DNA of 42,512 bases from Candidatus Nomurabacteria bacterium (GCA_963842815.1 CAWJHU010000002.1:1-42512), one strand, 5' to 3'; positions 1-8,958 are shown, counted from the first letter of the stretch. Notes: generated by a model not told the origin, from the letters alone. A program made the numbers and translations.

Positions 1-294
1 AAATAGTCACCTAAGACTCCAATTGCCGAGCATTTCAAAAAAAGTCAAATGGATATAGTCACCAACCTCTTCTATATCGCCGGTACGGAGTAGAGTTCAC
101 GTTGGCCAGACGGGCCGCGCGCGATTGCACTCCCCCAACAAATAGGGCACCAATGGGTGCATCCCTGCGGTTGTAAACAAAATGGACGAATCGTTTTCCG
201 GCAGCAAAGAGGCCGAAGGGATTATAGTGTGCCCTTTGGATTTAAAAAAATTCAAATACTTTTCGCGCAATTCCTGCGCGGTAATATTCGGCAT
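1..294 (-). CDS. alaS: Alanine--tRNA ligase, N-terminal part (runs off window start; apparent indels near 25 and 95-125)
   Basis: [15 protein letters not shown]...[17 protein letters not shown] shifted frame continues [25 protein letters not shown], the AlaRS motif. Confidence 0.93.
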
Positions 295-298
295 AAAA

Positions 299-447
299 TT
301 TGAATTTCGAAATATCCGAATATCGAAATACGAGAAACGATATCTAAATTCAAATACTTAATATATAAACAGGAACATCCGGGGTTCGAATTTATTATTT
401 AGATATTGGAGTTTGTTCCGTTTTTCGGATTTCGTGTTTCGTATTTC
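299..447. repeat. Two degenerate 7-bp-period arrays in inverted orientation
   Basis: Left ...cgaaatatccgaatatcgaaatacgagaaacgatatctaaat; right ...gtttttc ggatttc gtgtttc gtatttc. Exact inverted matches ATATCTAAAT 340-349/397-406 and GAAATACGA 325-333/439-447. Confidence 0.75.
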
Positions 448-457
448 TTCAACGATT

Positions 458-766
458 TTACTTCGCAAATTGTTGAAGCGCCGCGTCCATTTGCGTGTCT
501 TTACCAGCGGTGGCGTCGGCGGGGGCCGTAAGCGTAACCGGGATGTCGGGGGTAAGGCCGTTGTGGTTTAAATTAATGCCGTTGGGGGTTATCCACTTGG
601 CCACGGTAACTTTTATGGCTGGGATCTCCGGCTTTTCAAATTTTTGCATCATTTGATTCCAGGTTTTTCCGGATAACGCGCTTACGACATAGGTAGTTTC
701 CCAAAATTTATTTTGTATATTATCATCTTTTATTCCTCCGTCGGTATCTTGATTATTGCCAAATAA
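458..766 (-). pseudogene. Open frame: C-terminal continuation of the upstream prenyltransferase-repeat protein fused to an S41 (CtpA) peptidase C-terminal tail
   Basis: No stop from 766 to 461: NNQDTDGGIKDDNIQNKFWETTYVVSALSGKTWNQMMQKFEKPEIPA, then IKVTVAKWITPNG...GLTPDIPV...DTQMDAA, a typical S41 C-terminus. Confidence 0.7.
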
Positions 767-1977
767 TCAAGTGGAGTATTGCCACTTGTCCCGCCATCAG
801 CGGGATTTTTAACCCAATCTTCCGGTTTTTCATTCAGCGCCAGAATTCCTTCCATGGCCCAGGCGGTGGAAGAAACATTGCCGAAACTGCCATCGTCCTT
901 TTGATTTTGTTTTAAAAATTCTTTTGCTTTTCCCAAAGCATTTTGTATTTCCCCTGACCCAGGGTCAGGGGAGAAGGTTGAAAGTGCTTCTATTCCGGCT
1001 CCAGTCATATCCGCACTTTCATCCCAGGAGCCGTCATTTTTTTGTTTGTCTAAAATAAAATTAATATCCTTATTTATCATTTCGTCGGTTTGGGCAAATC
1101 CGGCATTTTGCAAGACAATCAGGGCAAAAATATCGTCGTTGTCTTCATCCGGATTCCCAAACTGTTTCCCATCAAAATCGGAAACTATTTTTTCTATATA
1201 ATTTTCGCCGTTTGTGCTGTATGGATTAAGACCCAGGGCCATCAGGGCCATGGCATGCCTTTCATAGTCCGTTAAAAGCCCGCCCGGAAGTTTTGATTCA
1301 TTTAAATATTTTGTTAACCCAGCAACTCCTGCTTGAGAATTTTCTGAAGCCAGCGCAAACGCCGCCCAATCCGTATAAAGACTTTCGCCAAAAGAGCCAT
1401 CGTCTTTTTGCTGTGAAATTATAAAATCAAAAGCCTTCTCCACATCAAACTGCGCTTTTACTGCTTTTCCCAGAGGAGCTGTTTCTGCAATAGGAGTGAC
1501 TGTTTCCACTCTGTCTACGTGAGGACCAACAGATCCGTGTGAAATGATTAATGTCGGCGAACCAGGGTCAATAAAATTCAAAGAAATTAAATCGCCGGGT
1601 TGCAATTCGTATTCATTTAATCCGGTCGCTCCCTCTATCTCATTTAAAGACCAGTCCCAATAATGATAAACATCATTACCATCCGTATCCTTGGTTGTAT
1701 AACCGGAAATATTATTTATGGAAGTTACAAAAGCACCCGGAGGCCAGCTCCAATCCCAACTGTTGGGAACCCCCGATTGTAAAATAGCGCAATAAGCAGT
1801 GGCAATATCAGGAGTGTTTATATTATTATCACTGTCACAGGGAGAAACTGTAATATTCTGATTATAAATTGAGTTGGAGGGTGTTTCAATGTCCAGATGG
1901 ATTGTCGTATCGGCAAAAGCGGAAGAGTAAAAAAATAAAATTATAATAACCAATAAAATCTTAGTAATTTTTTTCAT
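730..1977 (-). CDS. Secreted protein with N-terminal DUF4430-like beta domain and prenyltransferase/squalene-cyclase (alpha6/alpha6 barrel) repeats; probable frameshift near 757
   Basis: Signal peptide MKKITKILLVIIILFFYSSAFA (start at 1977). Motif YWDWSLN...GLNEYELQPGD. Repeats QQKDDGSF, QKNDGSW, NQKDDGSF. Confidence 0.8.
   Translation of the reverse strand: MKKITKILLVIIILFFYSSAFADTTIHLDIETPSNSIYNQNITVSPCDSDNNINTPDIATAYCAILQSGVPNSWDWSWPPGAFVTSINNISGYTTKDTDGNDVYHYWDWSLNEIEGATGLNEYELQPGDLISLNFIDPGSPTLIISHGSVGPHVDRVETVTPIAETAPLGKAVKAQFDVEKAFDFIISQQKDDGSFGESLYTDWAAFALASENSQAGVAGLTKYLNESKLPGGLLTDYERHAMALMALGLNPYSTNGENYIEKIVSDFDGKQFGNPDEDNDDIFALIVLQNAGFAQTDEMINKDINFILDKQKNDGSWDESADMTGAGIEALSTFSPDPGSGEIQNALGKAKEFLKQNQKDDGSFGNVSSTAWAMEGILALNEKPEDWVKNPADGGTSGNTPLDYLAIIKIPTEE
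948..975. repeat. In-frame palindromic element, copy 1 (TTTCCCCTGACCCAGGGTCAGGGGAGAA)
   Basis: 23-bp core palindrome 950-972; identical 28-mer at 23745-23772. Confidence 0.9.
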
Positions 1978-2395
1978 ATTTCCAAGAGACCATATTTCCT
2001 TCGTTAATCTTATAATTTGACACTCCAACAGTCGCTTTTTTGCCGTTCACATAATAAATCCAATTTTTATCTCCACTGTTTTTTATTCCATTTATTTCCT
2101 CAATCAGTTTTCCCATGCCGGAATAAGTCTTGTCTTTGAAATTTATTTTTCCTTCTTTCTGCAATTCCAGCATAAAATCATAAACGCTTTCTCCCTTCAC
2201 TATGACTGTTTCTAATTTTTCTCCATTAATTTCCAAGAACGCCTGGGCTTCTTTTTCTGTTTGGGTTGAGGTAAGGGAAAGAGAAGAAATAGAATTCGTG
2301 TTTTTCCCGATATCTTTTGTAAAAACAAAAATTAAAAAGAAAAAAAGCGATAAAGCTAGGCCCAACCATATTATTTTTTTGTTATTTTTTGGCAT
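1961..2395 (-). CDS. DUF4430 domain protein (transcobalamin beta-domain-like), N-terminal membrane anchor
   Basis: SVYDFM...YSGMGKLIEEINGIKNSGDKNWIYYVNGKKATVGVSNYKINEGNMVSWKY; hydrophobic N-terminus. Confidence 0.88.
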   Translation of the reverse strand: MPKNNKKIIWLGLALSLFFFLIFVFTKDIGKNTNSISSLSLTSTQTEKEAQAFLEINGEKLETVIVKGESVYDFMLELQKEGKINFKDKTYSGMGKLIEEINGIKNSGDKNWIYYVNGKKATVGVSNYKINEGNMVSWKYEKNY

Positions 2396-2401
2396 AAAAC
2401 G

Positions 2402-2427
2402 AAAAAAATTCTGCTCAGCAGAATTTT
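2402..2427 (-). terminator. Intrinsic terminator hairpin of the riboswitch expression platform
   Basis: Minus strand AAAATTCTGC-TGA-GCAGAATTTT followed by a T run, just before the DUF4430 ATG. Confidence 0.7.
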
Positions 2428-2475
2428 GGGGCCTTCAAAAAGAAGGCAAAGAAACTTAATCCTGCTCGGGAAAAC

Positions 2476-2571
2476 AAAAATGATTGATAATCGGACTTGT
2501 CCTCGACATAACGCCGAGGCTTACCGTAGCGGCACTGTACTGGAATCTAACCAGTTTCCTCAATCACTTCC
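2476..2571 (-). ncRNA. Cobalamin riboswitch (short, class-II/variant type)
   Basis: Minus strand GTGATTGA-GGAAACTGGTTAGATTCCAGTACAGTGCCGCTACGGTAA-(CCTCGGC..GTCGAGG)-AAGTCCGA-TCAATCAT. Conserved core, B12-box-like AAGTCCGA, closing stem, and position upstream of DUF4430. Confidence 0.82.
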
Positions 2572-2595
2572 TACAATTTTTTAACGAACTCCCTA

Positions 2596-2623
2596 ATTTT
2601 ATGCTTTCTTGATTGTCTGTCAA
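2596..2623 (-). promoter_or_regulatory. sigma70-type promoter for the riboswitch operon
   Basis: TTGACA-16 nt-TAAAAT on the minus strand, about 25 nt upstream of the aptamer. Confidence 0.55.
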
Positions 2624-2740
2624 TCTTTGATGTGGATAACGAGAAATTACCCTTGAAAATGAAGAATAAATGAAGAAGTCTTGCTTTATAAAAAAATATG
2701 AATATAATCTTAATATTATTAGTAATTTTTTTAAAATCAT

Positions 2741-4057
2741 ATGCAAGATTTAGATATTATAAAAATTATTAAGCAAACACTTTTGAATAAAAAATTTATT
2801 TATGTATTTTCAGTCAGCCTAATTTCCCTGGTTATTGTCTCAGCCATTGGCCTGGGGTTCATCTGGTATTTCCGCGCAAATGTTTTTGATTATTTTGCCA
2901 AAGAATATTTGCAGGAGGTGCAGAATCCAAAAAGCAACCTGGGGAATATTGGAAAATCAACGGCTGAACAGATTATAGAAAAACAATCCATTTTTTCTCA
3001 GGATTCTTTCGTTATTGATGCCGTTAAGAAAACCAATCCGTCCGTGGTCTCCATCATCATCAGCAAAAATGTTCCCAAATATGAAGAATACATTGACCCC
3101 AACCAGCAGCAAAATCCATTTGGCGATTTATTCCCCGGTTTTTCTTTTAATATTCCGCAATATCGTCAAAATGGCACCCAAAAACAAGATATTGGCGGCG
3201 GTTCCGGATTTTTTGTATCAAGCGATGGATTAATTGTTACCAATAAGCACGTTGTTGACCAGACGGATGTTGAGTATACGGTTTTTACCAATGATGGAAA
3301 AAAGTATCCGGCAACAGTTGTTGCCCGCGACCCGGTTCTTGATATTGCTTTGATAAAAATTTCTGGCGCCAACTTTACTCCGCTTTCTTTGGGAAACTCT
3401 GATTCTCTACAGGTGGGGCAGAGTGTCATTGCCATTGGCAATGCTTTGGGGGAATTTAGAAATACGGTTTCCGTCGGCGTGGTTTCCGGCCTGGCTCGTT
3501 CCATTACCGCGGGGGATAGTCTTTCCGGCAGTACTGAAACTCTGGACCACGTCATTCAAACGGACGCAGCCATCAATCCCGGGAATTCCGGTGGTCCGTT
3601 GCTTGACCTATCCGGAAATGTAATTGGCGTCAATGTTGCCATTGCAGAAGGCTCCCAAAATGTCGGTTTTGCCCTCCCGATAAATAGCGTTAAAAGCGCG
3701 ATTGAATCGGTCAAAGCTACCGGTAAAATAATAAGGCCGTATTTGGGTATCAGATATGTTGCCATAAATGCGGAAATGAAAGACGCAAATAATTTATCGG
3801 TGGATTATGGCGTATTGGTTAAGGCAGGACAAAATGCAAACGAACTGGCTGTTATTCCGGGTTCTCCTGCCGACAAAGCGGGGATAGTGGAGAATGATAT
3901 TATTTTGGAAGTTGATGGCACAAAGCTGGATGATAAAACTTCCTTGGCTTCTCTCATCAGGGAGAAAAATATTGGCGATGTGATTACCCTAAAAATTCTG
4001 CACAAAGGAACAGAAAAAACCATTCAGGTAACTCTGGAAGCAGCTCCAAATAATTAA
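2741..4057 (+). CDS. htrA: HtrA/DegP-family serine protease with PDZ domain, membrane anchored
   Basis: GGGSGF, TNKHVV (His), DIAL (Asp), TDAAINPGNSGGPL (Ser), C-terminal PDZ. Confidence 0.95.
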   Translation: MQDLDIIKIIKQTLLNKKFIYVFSVSLISLVIVSAIGLGFIWYFRANVFDYFAKEYLQEVQNPKSNLGNIGKSTAEQIIEKQSIFSQDSFVIDAVKKTNPSVVSIIISKNVPKYEEYIDPNQQQNPFGDLFPGFSFNIPQYRQNGTQKQDIGGGSGFFVSSDGLIVTNKHVVDQTDVEYTVFTNDGKKYPATVVARDPVLDIALIKISGANFTPLSLGNSDSLQVGQSVIAIGNALGEFRNTVSVGVVSGLARSITAGDSLSGSTETLDHVIQTDAAINPGNSGGPLLDLSGNVIGVNVAIAEGSQNVGFALPINSVKSAIESVKATGKIIRPYLGIRYVAINAEMKDANNLSVDYGVLVKAGQNANELAVIPGSPADKAGIVENDIILEVDGTKLDDKTSLASLIREKNIGDVITLKILHKGTEKTIQVTLEAAPNN

Positions 4058-4058
4058 T

Positions 4059-5207
4059 TTATTTTACATCCCTGAGTCGCAGAATTATGAAAAATCCAAG
4101 AAGCAAAACTGCACCCAAAACAAAGAAAAGATATTTAAAAGAAGGAGCCAGGAGGAGAATAGGAAAAGCGACGAGGGGAGCAATGATATAAGAAAAAGAA
4201 GGAGCATTTCGGAAAAAACTGATTTCATCGGCATTTTTTTCGGTTATAGTTTTGAAAAAATAACTTTCGTTCATAACTTCTATGATGGCCGCGCCCACGC
4301 GGGTGGCGAAAAGTATCAAAGCCCACAGCCAAAGTATTGATTCCGTAATAAAAGGGATTGCCAGAACAGACAAAATGGTAATAATAAAGCCCCCAAGGAG
4401 CATTTTTTTCTCCCCAATTTTATCCGAAAGCTTGCCCAGAGGAAAATCCACCAAAACGAACGGAATAAGCATTATGGAAAAAATAATGCCGATTCTGTCC
4501 CAGCCGAAATTCATATATTCGTGCAGATATATGGGGGTATAAATTATCATCCAGGCGTAAAAAAATTGCAGAATTAAATTGCTGAGATATATTTTTGAAA
4601 TATTTTTATTTTGAATGAAAGCCCTGATTGTTTTTGTGATGGGAACTTTTTTATATTCCGGGTCTTTGAAATCGCGCAGAAAAAAAATAAAAATAAAAGC
4701 CACCAGAATCATAAACCCGGCGCTGAAAAAATAAATGCCCGAAAAAGAACTTTTTTCTATAATTGACCCGGAGATAAGCTGAGCCACTATCCAGGCCGAA
4801 TTAATTATCATCAAATAAGTTCCCCGAAGCAAGCCGATTTCGGAATTTTTTGAAAAATCTTCCACAAAAATGTCCAATGAGGCAATGATAAAATAAATTG
4901 ACAAGAAATAAAGAATAAAAGCTGGAATCACAACAAAAACACTGCCTCCCAATCCAAGCAAAAGAAGCGAAAAAAATATCAGCAGGCAAGATAGGAAAAT
5001 TACCAGACGATTACCCAAACGAGTCAAAATTTTGGGCATTTTTAATAAACCTATGATAGTTAAAATTGAAGCAATTACGTAAATAATGCCTACATAGTTT
5101 TTACCGACATAAATTTCCAAAAAACTGGAATTTATGTAAGAAGTGATGGCAAATGGGATGGAAAACAAAAAACCCGCCAGGTATATTATTTTTCTATTGT
5201 GTTTCAT
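4059..5207 (-). CDS. MFS transporter
   Basis: About 12 hydrophobic segments; GKLSDKIGEKK motif A. Confidence 0.85.
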   Translation of the reverse strand: MKHNRKIIYLAGFLFSIPFAITSYINSSFLEIYVGKNYVGIIYVIASILTIIGLLKMPKILTRLGNRLVIFLSCLLIFFSLLLLGLGGSVFVVIPAFILYFLSIYFIIASLDIFVEDFSKNSEIGLLRGTYLMIINSAWIVAQLISGSIIEKSSFSGIYFFSAGFMILVAFIFIFFLRDFKDPEYKKVPITKTIRAFIQNKNISKIYLSNLILQFFYAWMIIYTPIYLHEYMNFGWDRIGIIFSIMLIPFVLVDFPLGKLSDKIGEKKMLLGGFIITILSVLAIPFITESILWLWALILFATRVGAAIIEVMNESYFFKTITEKNADEISFFRNAPSFSYIIAPLVAFPILLLAPSFKYLFFVLGAVLLLGFFIILRLRDVK

Positions 5208-7135
5208 ATACTTAATACCACCGGAATAACCAGAGGCCTTTTGGCCGTTTTTTGATACAGAAATTTTGAAACCGTTTCGCCCAAATTAGCCTTGATGTAA
5301 TCAAGGTCAACCAAATTATTTTTTATGGCAACATCTTCCACTCCTTTTTTGATGATAATTCGCACTTGGCGCAGAAGTTCCTGATTTTCTTTTAAATAGA
5401 CAAATCCTCGCGATATTAAATCCGGAGATTTTTTTAATTTTCCGGTTTTTTGGTCTACCAAAGCAATAATAACAAACATTCCGTCCTGGGCCAGCATTTG
5501 ACGGTCCCTGATAACGACATCCTGCACGTCGGAAATAGCCAATCCATCCACCATCATTAATCCGGACGGAGCTTTTTCTTTGCGCACCGTCATTTTTTCT
5601 CCATTGGCCGATATCTCAATAATTGAACCGTTGTCCGGAACCACGATATTTTCTTCGGGCATTCCCATTTCCATGGCCAGCTCCTTATGCAGCTCCAGAT
5701 GATAATGATGTCCGTGGATAGGAATGAAAAACTTCGGGTGCATTTTTTTATGAAGCCATCTTATGTCTTCTTTATTGCCATGGCCGGTGGCGTGGACGAA
5801 ATCTTCTCCGGCGGTGCGATAGCTGATGATGCGTACGCCCTGTCTGGATAAATTATCTTTTATTCTTTGCACCGCCCTTTCATTTCCCGGAACAATGGAG
5901 GCCGAAAGAATAATGGTATCTCCTTTGCTCAACGAAAATTTCGTATGCGATTTATTGGATGCTCGGGAAAGCGCCGCGAATTCTTCTCCCTGGGAGCCGG
6001 TCATCAATATCACCACTTTATTGGGCGGATAATTATTTACTTCCTCTATGGGGATAATAGTGCCTTTTTTGGGCTTGAAATATCCAGCTTCAATGGCCAC
6101 GTCTACGTTGGTTTTCATTGAACGTCCGTCAATGGCGATTTTTTTGCCGAGAGATTCGGCTACTTTTACCACGTGTACCAAACGGGTAATATGGGAAGCA
6201 AAGGCGGCAATAATTATTCTGCCATTTATTTTTTTTATCAGATTTTCTAGTCCCTGATGCACTTTTATTTCGGGTAGAGAAAATCCTTCATTTTCAATAT
6301 TGGTGGAATCGGTCATCAGCAGAAGTATTTTTGCCTTGTCAAAAGTGGAATATTCTTTTTCTTCTTCGGGGGTTACGATTCCGTCCACCTGGTCTAATTT
6401 ATAATCTCCCGGAGTGACAATCCAGCCATTTTTTGTTTCAATAATAATTCCCATTGAATCGGGGATTGTGTGAGTGACGCCAAAAAATCGAACTTTTATT
6501 TTTCCGCAGGTTACTGTTCCATCTTTTTCCACCACTTCCGCCTTCATGGGAGGCAAATGGGGGAATTCCGCCTGGCGTTTCTTCATCAGAAGCACCGAAA
6601 GATTTCTGGAGTATACCGTCGGATTGCCGATGCGCGAGAGAACAATGGGCACGCCTCCAATATGGTCCAAGTGTCCGTGGGTTATAAATAAACCGCGTAT
6701 TTTGTCTTTATGCTCTTCAAGATAAGTGGTATTTGGAATAACATAATCCACTCCGGGCGTTTCTTCATTGGAAAAATGCATACCTGCGTCAATGATTATG
6801 ATGTCATCGCCGATTTCTATGGCGGTCATATTCTTTCCGATTTCTTCCACTCCGCCGAGAGTAATAATGCGAACCACTCCTTCGGCGGGAGGAGGAATTT
6901 TAGTTTCATTTGTATTTTTATATCCGCTTCTGGTTCCGAATGAACGACCGCCGCCCCGGGACTGTTTATAATTTCTTTTGGAGTATTGATAGGTGGAATT
7001 TTTTGCAGGTTTTTTGGATGTTGGGCGTCTGGAATCTTGGCGTCCGGCGTCCGGTTGGGCAGATTTTTTTTCTCCGCTCGTCGGATGAGCGGGTTCCATC
7101 ATAACAGAGCTAAAAGACAATCTAGTTTTTCTCAT
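5204..7135 (-). CDS. rnj: Ribonuclease J
   Basis: LGGVEEIGKNMT, THGHLDHIGG, HTIPDS, TGSQGE, HATGHG, PIHG. Confidence 0.96.
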   Translation of the reverse strand: MRKTRLSFSSVMMEPAHPTSGEKKSAQPDAGRQDSRRPTSKKPAKNSTYQYSKRNYKQSRGGGRSFGTRSGYKNTNETKIPPPAEGVVRIITLGGVEEIGKNMTAIEIGDDIIIIDAGMHFSNEETPGVDYVIPNTTYLEEHKDKIRGLFITHGHLDHIGGVPIVLSRIGNPTVYSRNLSVLLMKKRQAEFPHLPPMKAEVVEKDGTVTCGKIKVRFFGVTHTIPDSMGIIIETKNGWIVTPGDYKLDQVDGIVTPEEEKEYSTFDKAKILLLMTDSTNIENEGFSLPEIKVHQGLENLIKKINGRIIIAAFASHITRLVHVVKVAESLGKKIAIDGRSMKTNVDVAIEAGYFKPKKGTIIPIEEVNNYPPNKVVILMTGSQGEEFAALSRASNKSHTKFSLSKGDTIILSASIVPGNERAVQRIKDNLSRQGVRIISYRTAGEDFVHATGHGNKEDIRWLHKKMHPKFFIPIHGHHYHLELHKELAMEMGMPEENIVVPDNGSIIEISANGEKMTVRKEKAPSGLMMVDGLAISDVQDVVIRDRQMLAQDGMFVIIALVDQKTGKLKKSPDLISRGFVYLKENQELLRQVRIIIKKGVEDVAIKNNLVDLDYIKANLGETVSKFLYQKTAKRPLVIPVVLSI

Positions 7136-7168
7136 TGTTTTTTTGTTTTTTAATAATAAAAGTAGTTT

Positions 7169-8920
7169 TTATTTGGAAAATATTTTCCAAACGTTATCTG
7201 TTTCAGTATACCATAAATATGAATTTAAGAATCTATCTCTGGGGGCAATAAGATGATTTATTGAAAATCCTTGCAGGTTTTTTGACACCACATATATAAA
7301 ATCAGGACTGTACAAAAAGACGGTGGGCATATCTTTTTTAATTTCATTTTCAAATTGGATGTACTTTTGCATCCTTGCGTTTTCATCAATGGTGACAAAG
7401 GCATCTTCCAATATTTTGTCCACTTTGGCGCTGGTGTACATGGCCACATTAAGCCCCGGGTCTTTTATCTGCGAAGAATGCCAAAAAGCGAACAAATCGG
7501 ATTCATTATTGATAATTTCTCCAAAAAGCAAAGTGTCATATTTTCGGGGACGAATAACGCTCTGGTTTAAATTGCCGATTTCAAAAGTTTTCACATCAAC
7601 CTTCATTCCAATATTTTCCAAATCTTGTTTTATCAGTTCGGCTGATTTTGCCAATTCCGGAGCATCCCCCGTGGAAATGGAAAATTGCAAATAGGTTGCG
7701 GTTTTTTTCTTTTTCTTATCAACCATGGTTTTTTGCAAAAATCCATCCGCGCCCTTGGTCCAGCCGTCTTTGCTTAAAATATCCTGCGCCTTTTTAACAT
7801 TATCTTCCTGGGAAGTGGCATTCGCATTATTTAATTTTTGATAATCAAGCATATTGGGCGGTATCGGACTGTCAATAACAACTCCATAGCCCGAGAGGAC
7901 ACTGCGGACAATATTATTTTTATCAACCGCAAGGTCAATGGCCTTGATTATGTTTTTATCGGTGAAAATCTGATTCTGGCTCTGGTTGAAGAAAAGTCCG
8001 AATACCCGGGGAAGGGGCAAAGATTCTACCCGATAATTTTCTTCCTGTAATATTTGCGCATTGGCGGGAGTAATGGAACTTATCTGGTCCACTTCTCCCT
8101 TTTCCAGCGCCGAAATTTGGTCATTTTCATTTTGATAAAAACGCAATGTTATTTTGCTGAGGTATGGCTCGCCCAAATTAAATTTTTTAAAGGGTACCAG
8201 GTCGTAATAATCTATTAATCCTCCGGACTGCTTGCTTACATTTGCGACTTCGTAGGGCCCCGACCCGATTGGCTGTATATTCGCATCATTCAATTCAATG
8301 GGGGTGGTGCTCCATAGAGAGGCCGGCATTATGCCAACAATGGCATTTTCCAAAAAGGAGGCATAGGGTTGTTTTAGAGTGAATTTGATTGTTTTTTCGT
8401 CTATTTTTTCAACGTTTACTCCATCCCAGTTTCCCTTTTTAGGACTTTTTATGACCGGGTCCTTAATTTCATTTATGGTAAAAACCACATCGTCCGCAGT
8501 AACAGGTTTGCCGTCGTGAAAATATATATTATCTCTTAGAGTAAAAGTATATGTTAAACCATCTTTGGACATGTCATATTTAAGGGCCAAATCCGGAGTA
8601 AGCGTACCGTCGGAGTTTTTTCTCATTAGTCCCGAATAAATGAGTGAGACCAAATCTTGGTCCGCATCGGAAAAAGCCAGGACAGGATTTATGAAGCGGG
8701 GAGTACCCACAATGCCTTCGGTAATAGTCCCCCCTTTCATGGCTACTCTTACCATAAAAGATTTATTAATGTTCTCCAGTATCACCAATGTGCTTAGGCA
8801 AAGAACAATAACCAGTCCAAGAAAAACAAAATATTCTCTTTTGGAAAAATGAGAGATGGCTTTTTTTATTTCGTTTTTGGACGGCAATAAATTACGTATG
8901 CGGCTATAAAAATTTTCCAT
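7169..8920 (-). CDS. Peptide/nickel ABC transporter substrate-binding protein (family 5), N-terminal TM
   Basis: INPVLA, LIYSGL, YTFTLRDNIYFHDGKPVTADDVVFT, PIGSGPY. Confidence 0.9.
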   Translation of the reverse strand: MENFYSRIRNLLPSKNEIKKAISHFSKREYFVFLGLVIVLCLSTLVILENINKSFMVRVAMKGGTITEGIVGTPRFINPVLAFSDADQDLVSLIYSGLMRKNSDGTLTPDLALKYDMSKDGLTYTFTLRDNIYFHDGKPVTADDVVFTINEIKDPVIKSPKKGNWDGVNVEKIDEKTIKFTLKQPYASFLENAIVGIMPASLWSTTPIELNDANIQPIGSGPYEVANVSKQSGGLIDYYDLVPFKKFNLGEPYLSKITLRFYQNENDQISALEKGEVDQISSITPANAQILQEENYRVESLPLPRVFGLFFNQSQNQIFTDKNIIKAIDLAVDKNNIVRSVLSGYGVVIDSPIPPNMLDYQKLNNANATSQEDNVKKAQDILSKDGWTKGADGFLQKTMVDKKKKKTATYLQFSISTGDAPELAKSAELIKQDLENIGMKVDVKTFEIGNLNQSVIRPRKYDTLLFGEIINNESDLFAFWHSSQIKDPGLNVAMYTSAKVDKILEDAFVTIDENARMQKYIQFENEIKKDMPTVFLYSPDFIYVVSKNLQGFSINHLIAPRDRFLNSYLWYTETDNVWKIFSK

Positions 8921-8958
8921 AAAACTAAAAATTTAATGCTCTGTTTATTTGGAACAAG

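Noticed and set aside
299-447. T-box leader for alaS or a CRISPR array
   Set aside because: No T-box consensus or antiterminator, and no constant repeats with unique spacers. No CRISPR array was seen anywhere in the window.
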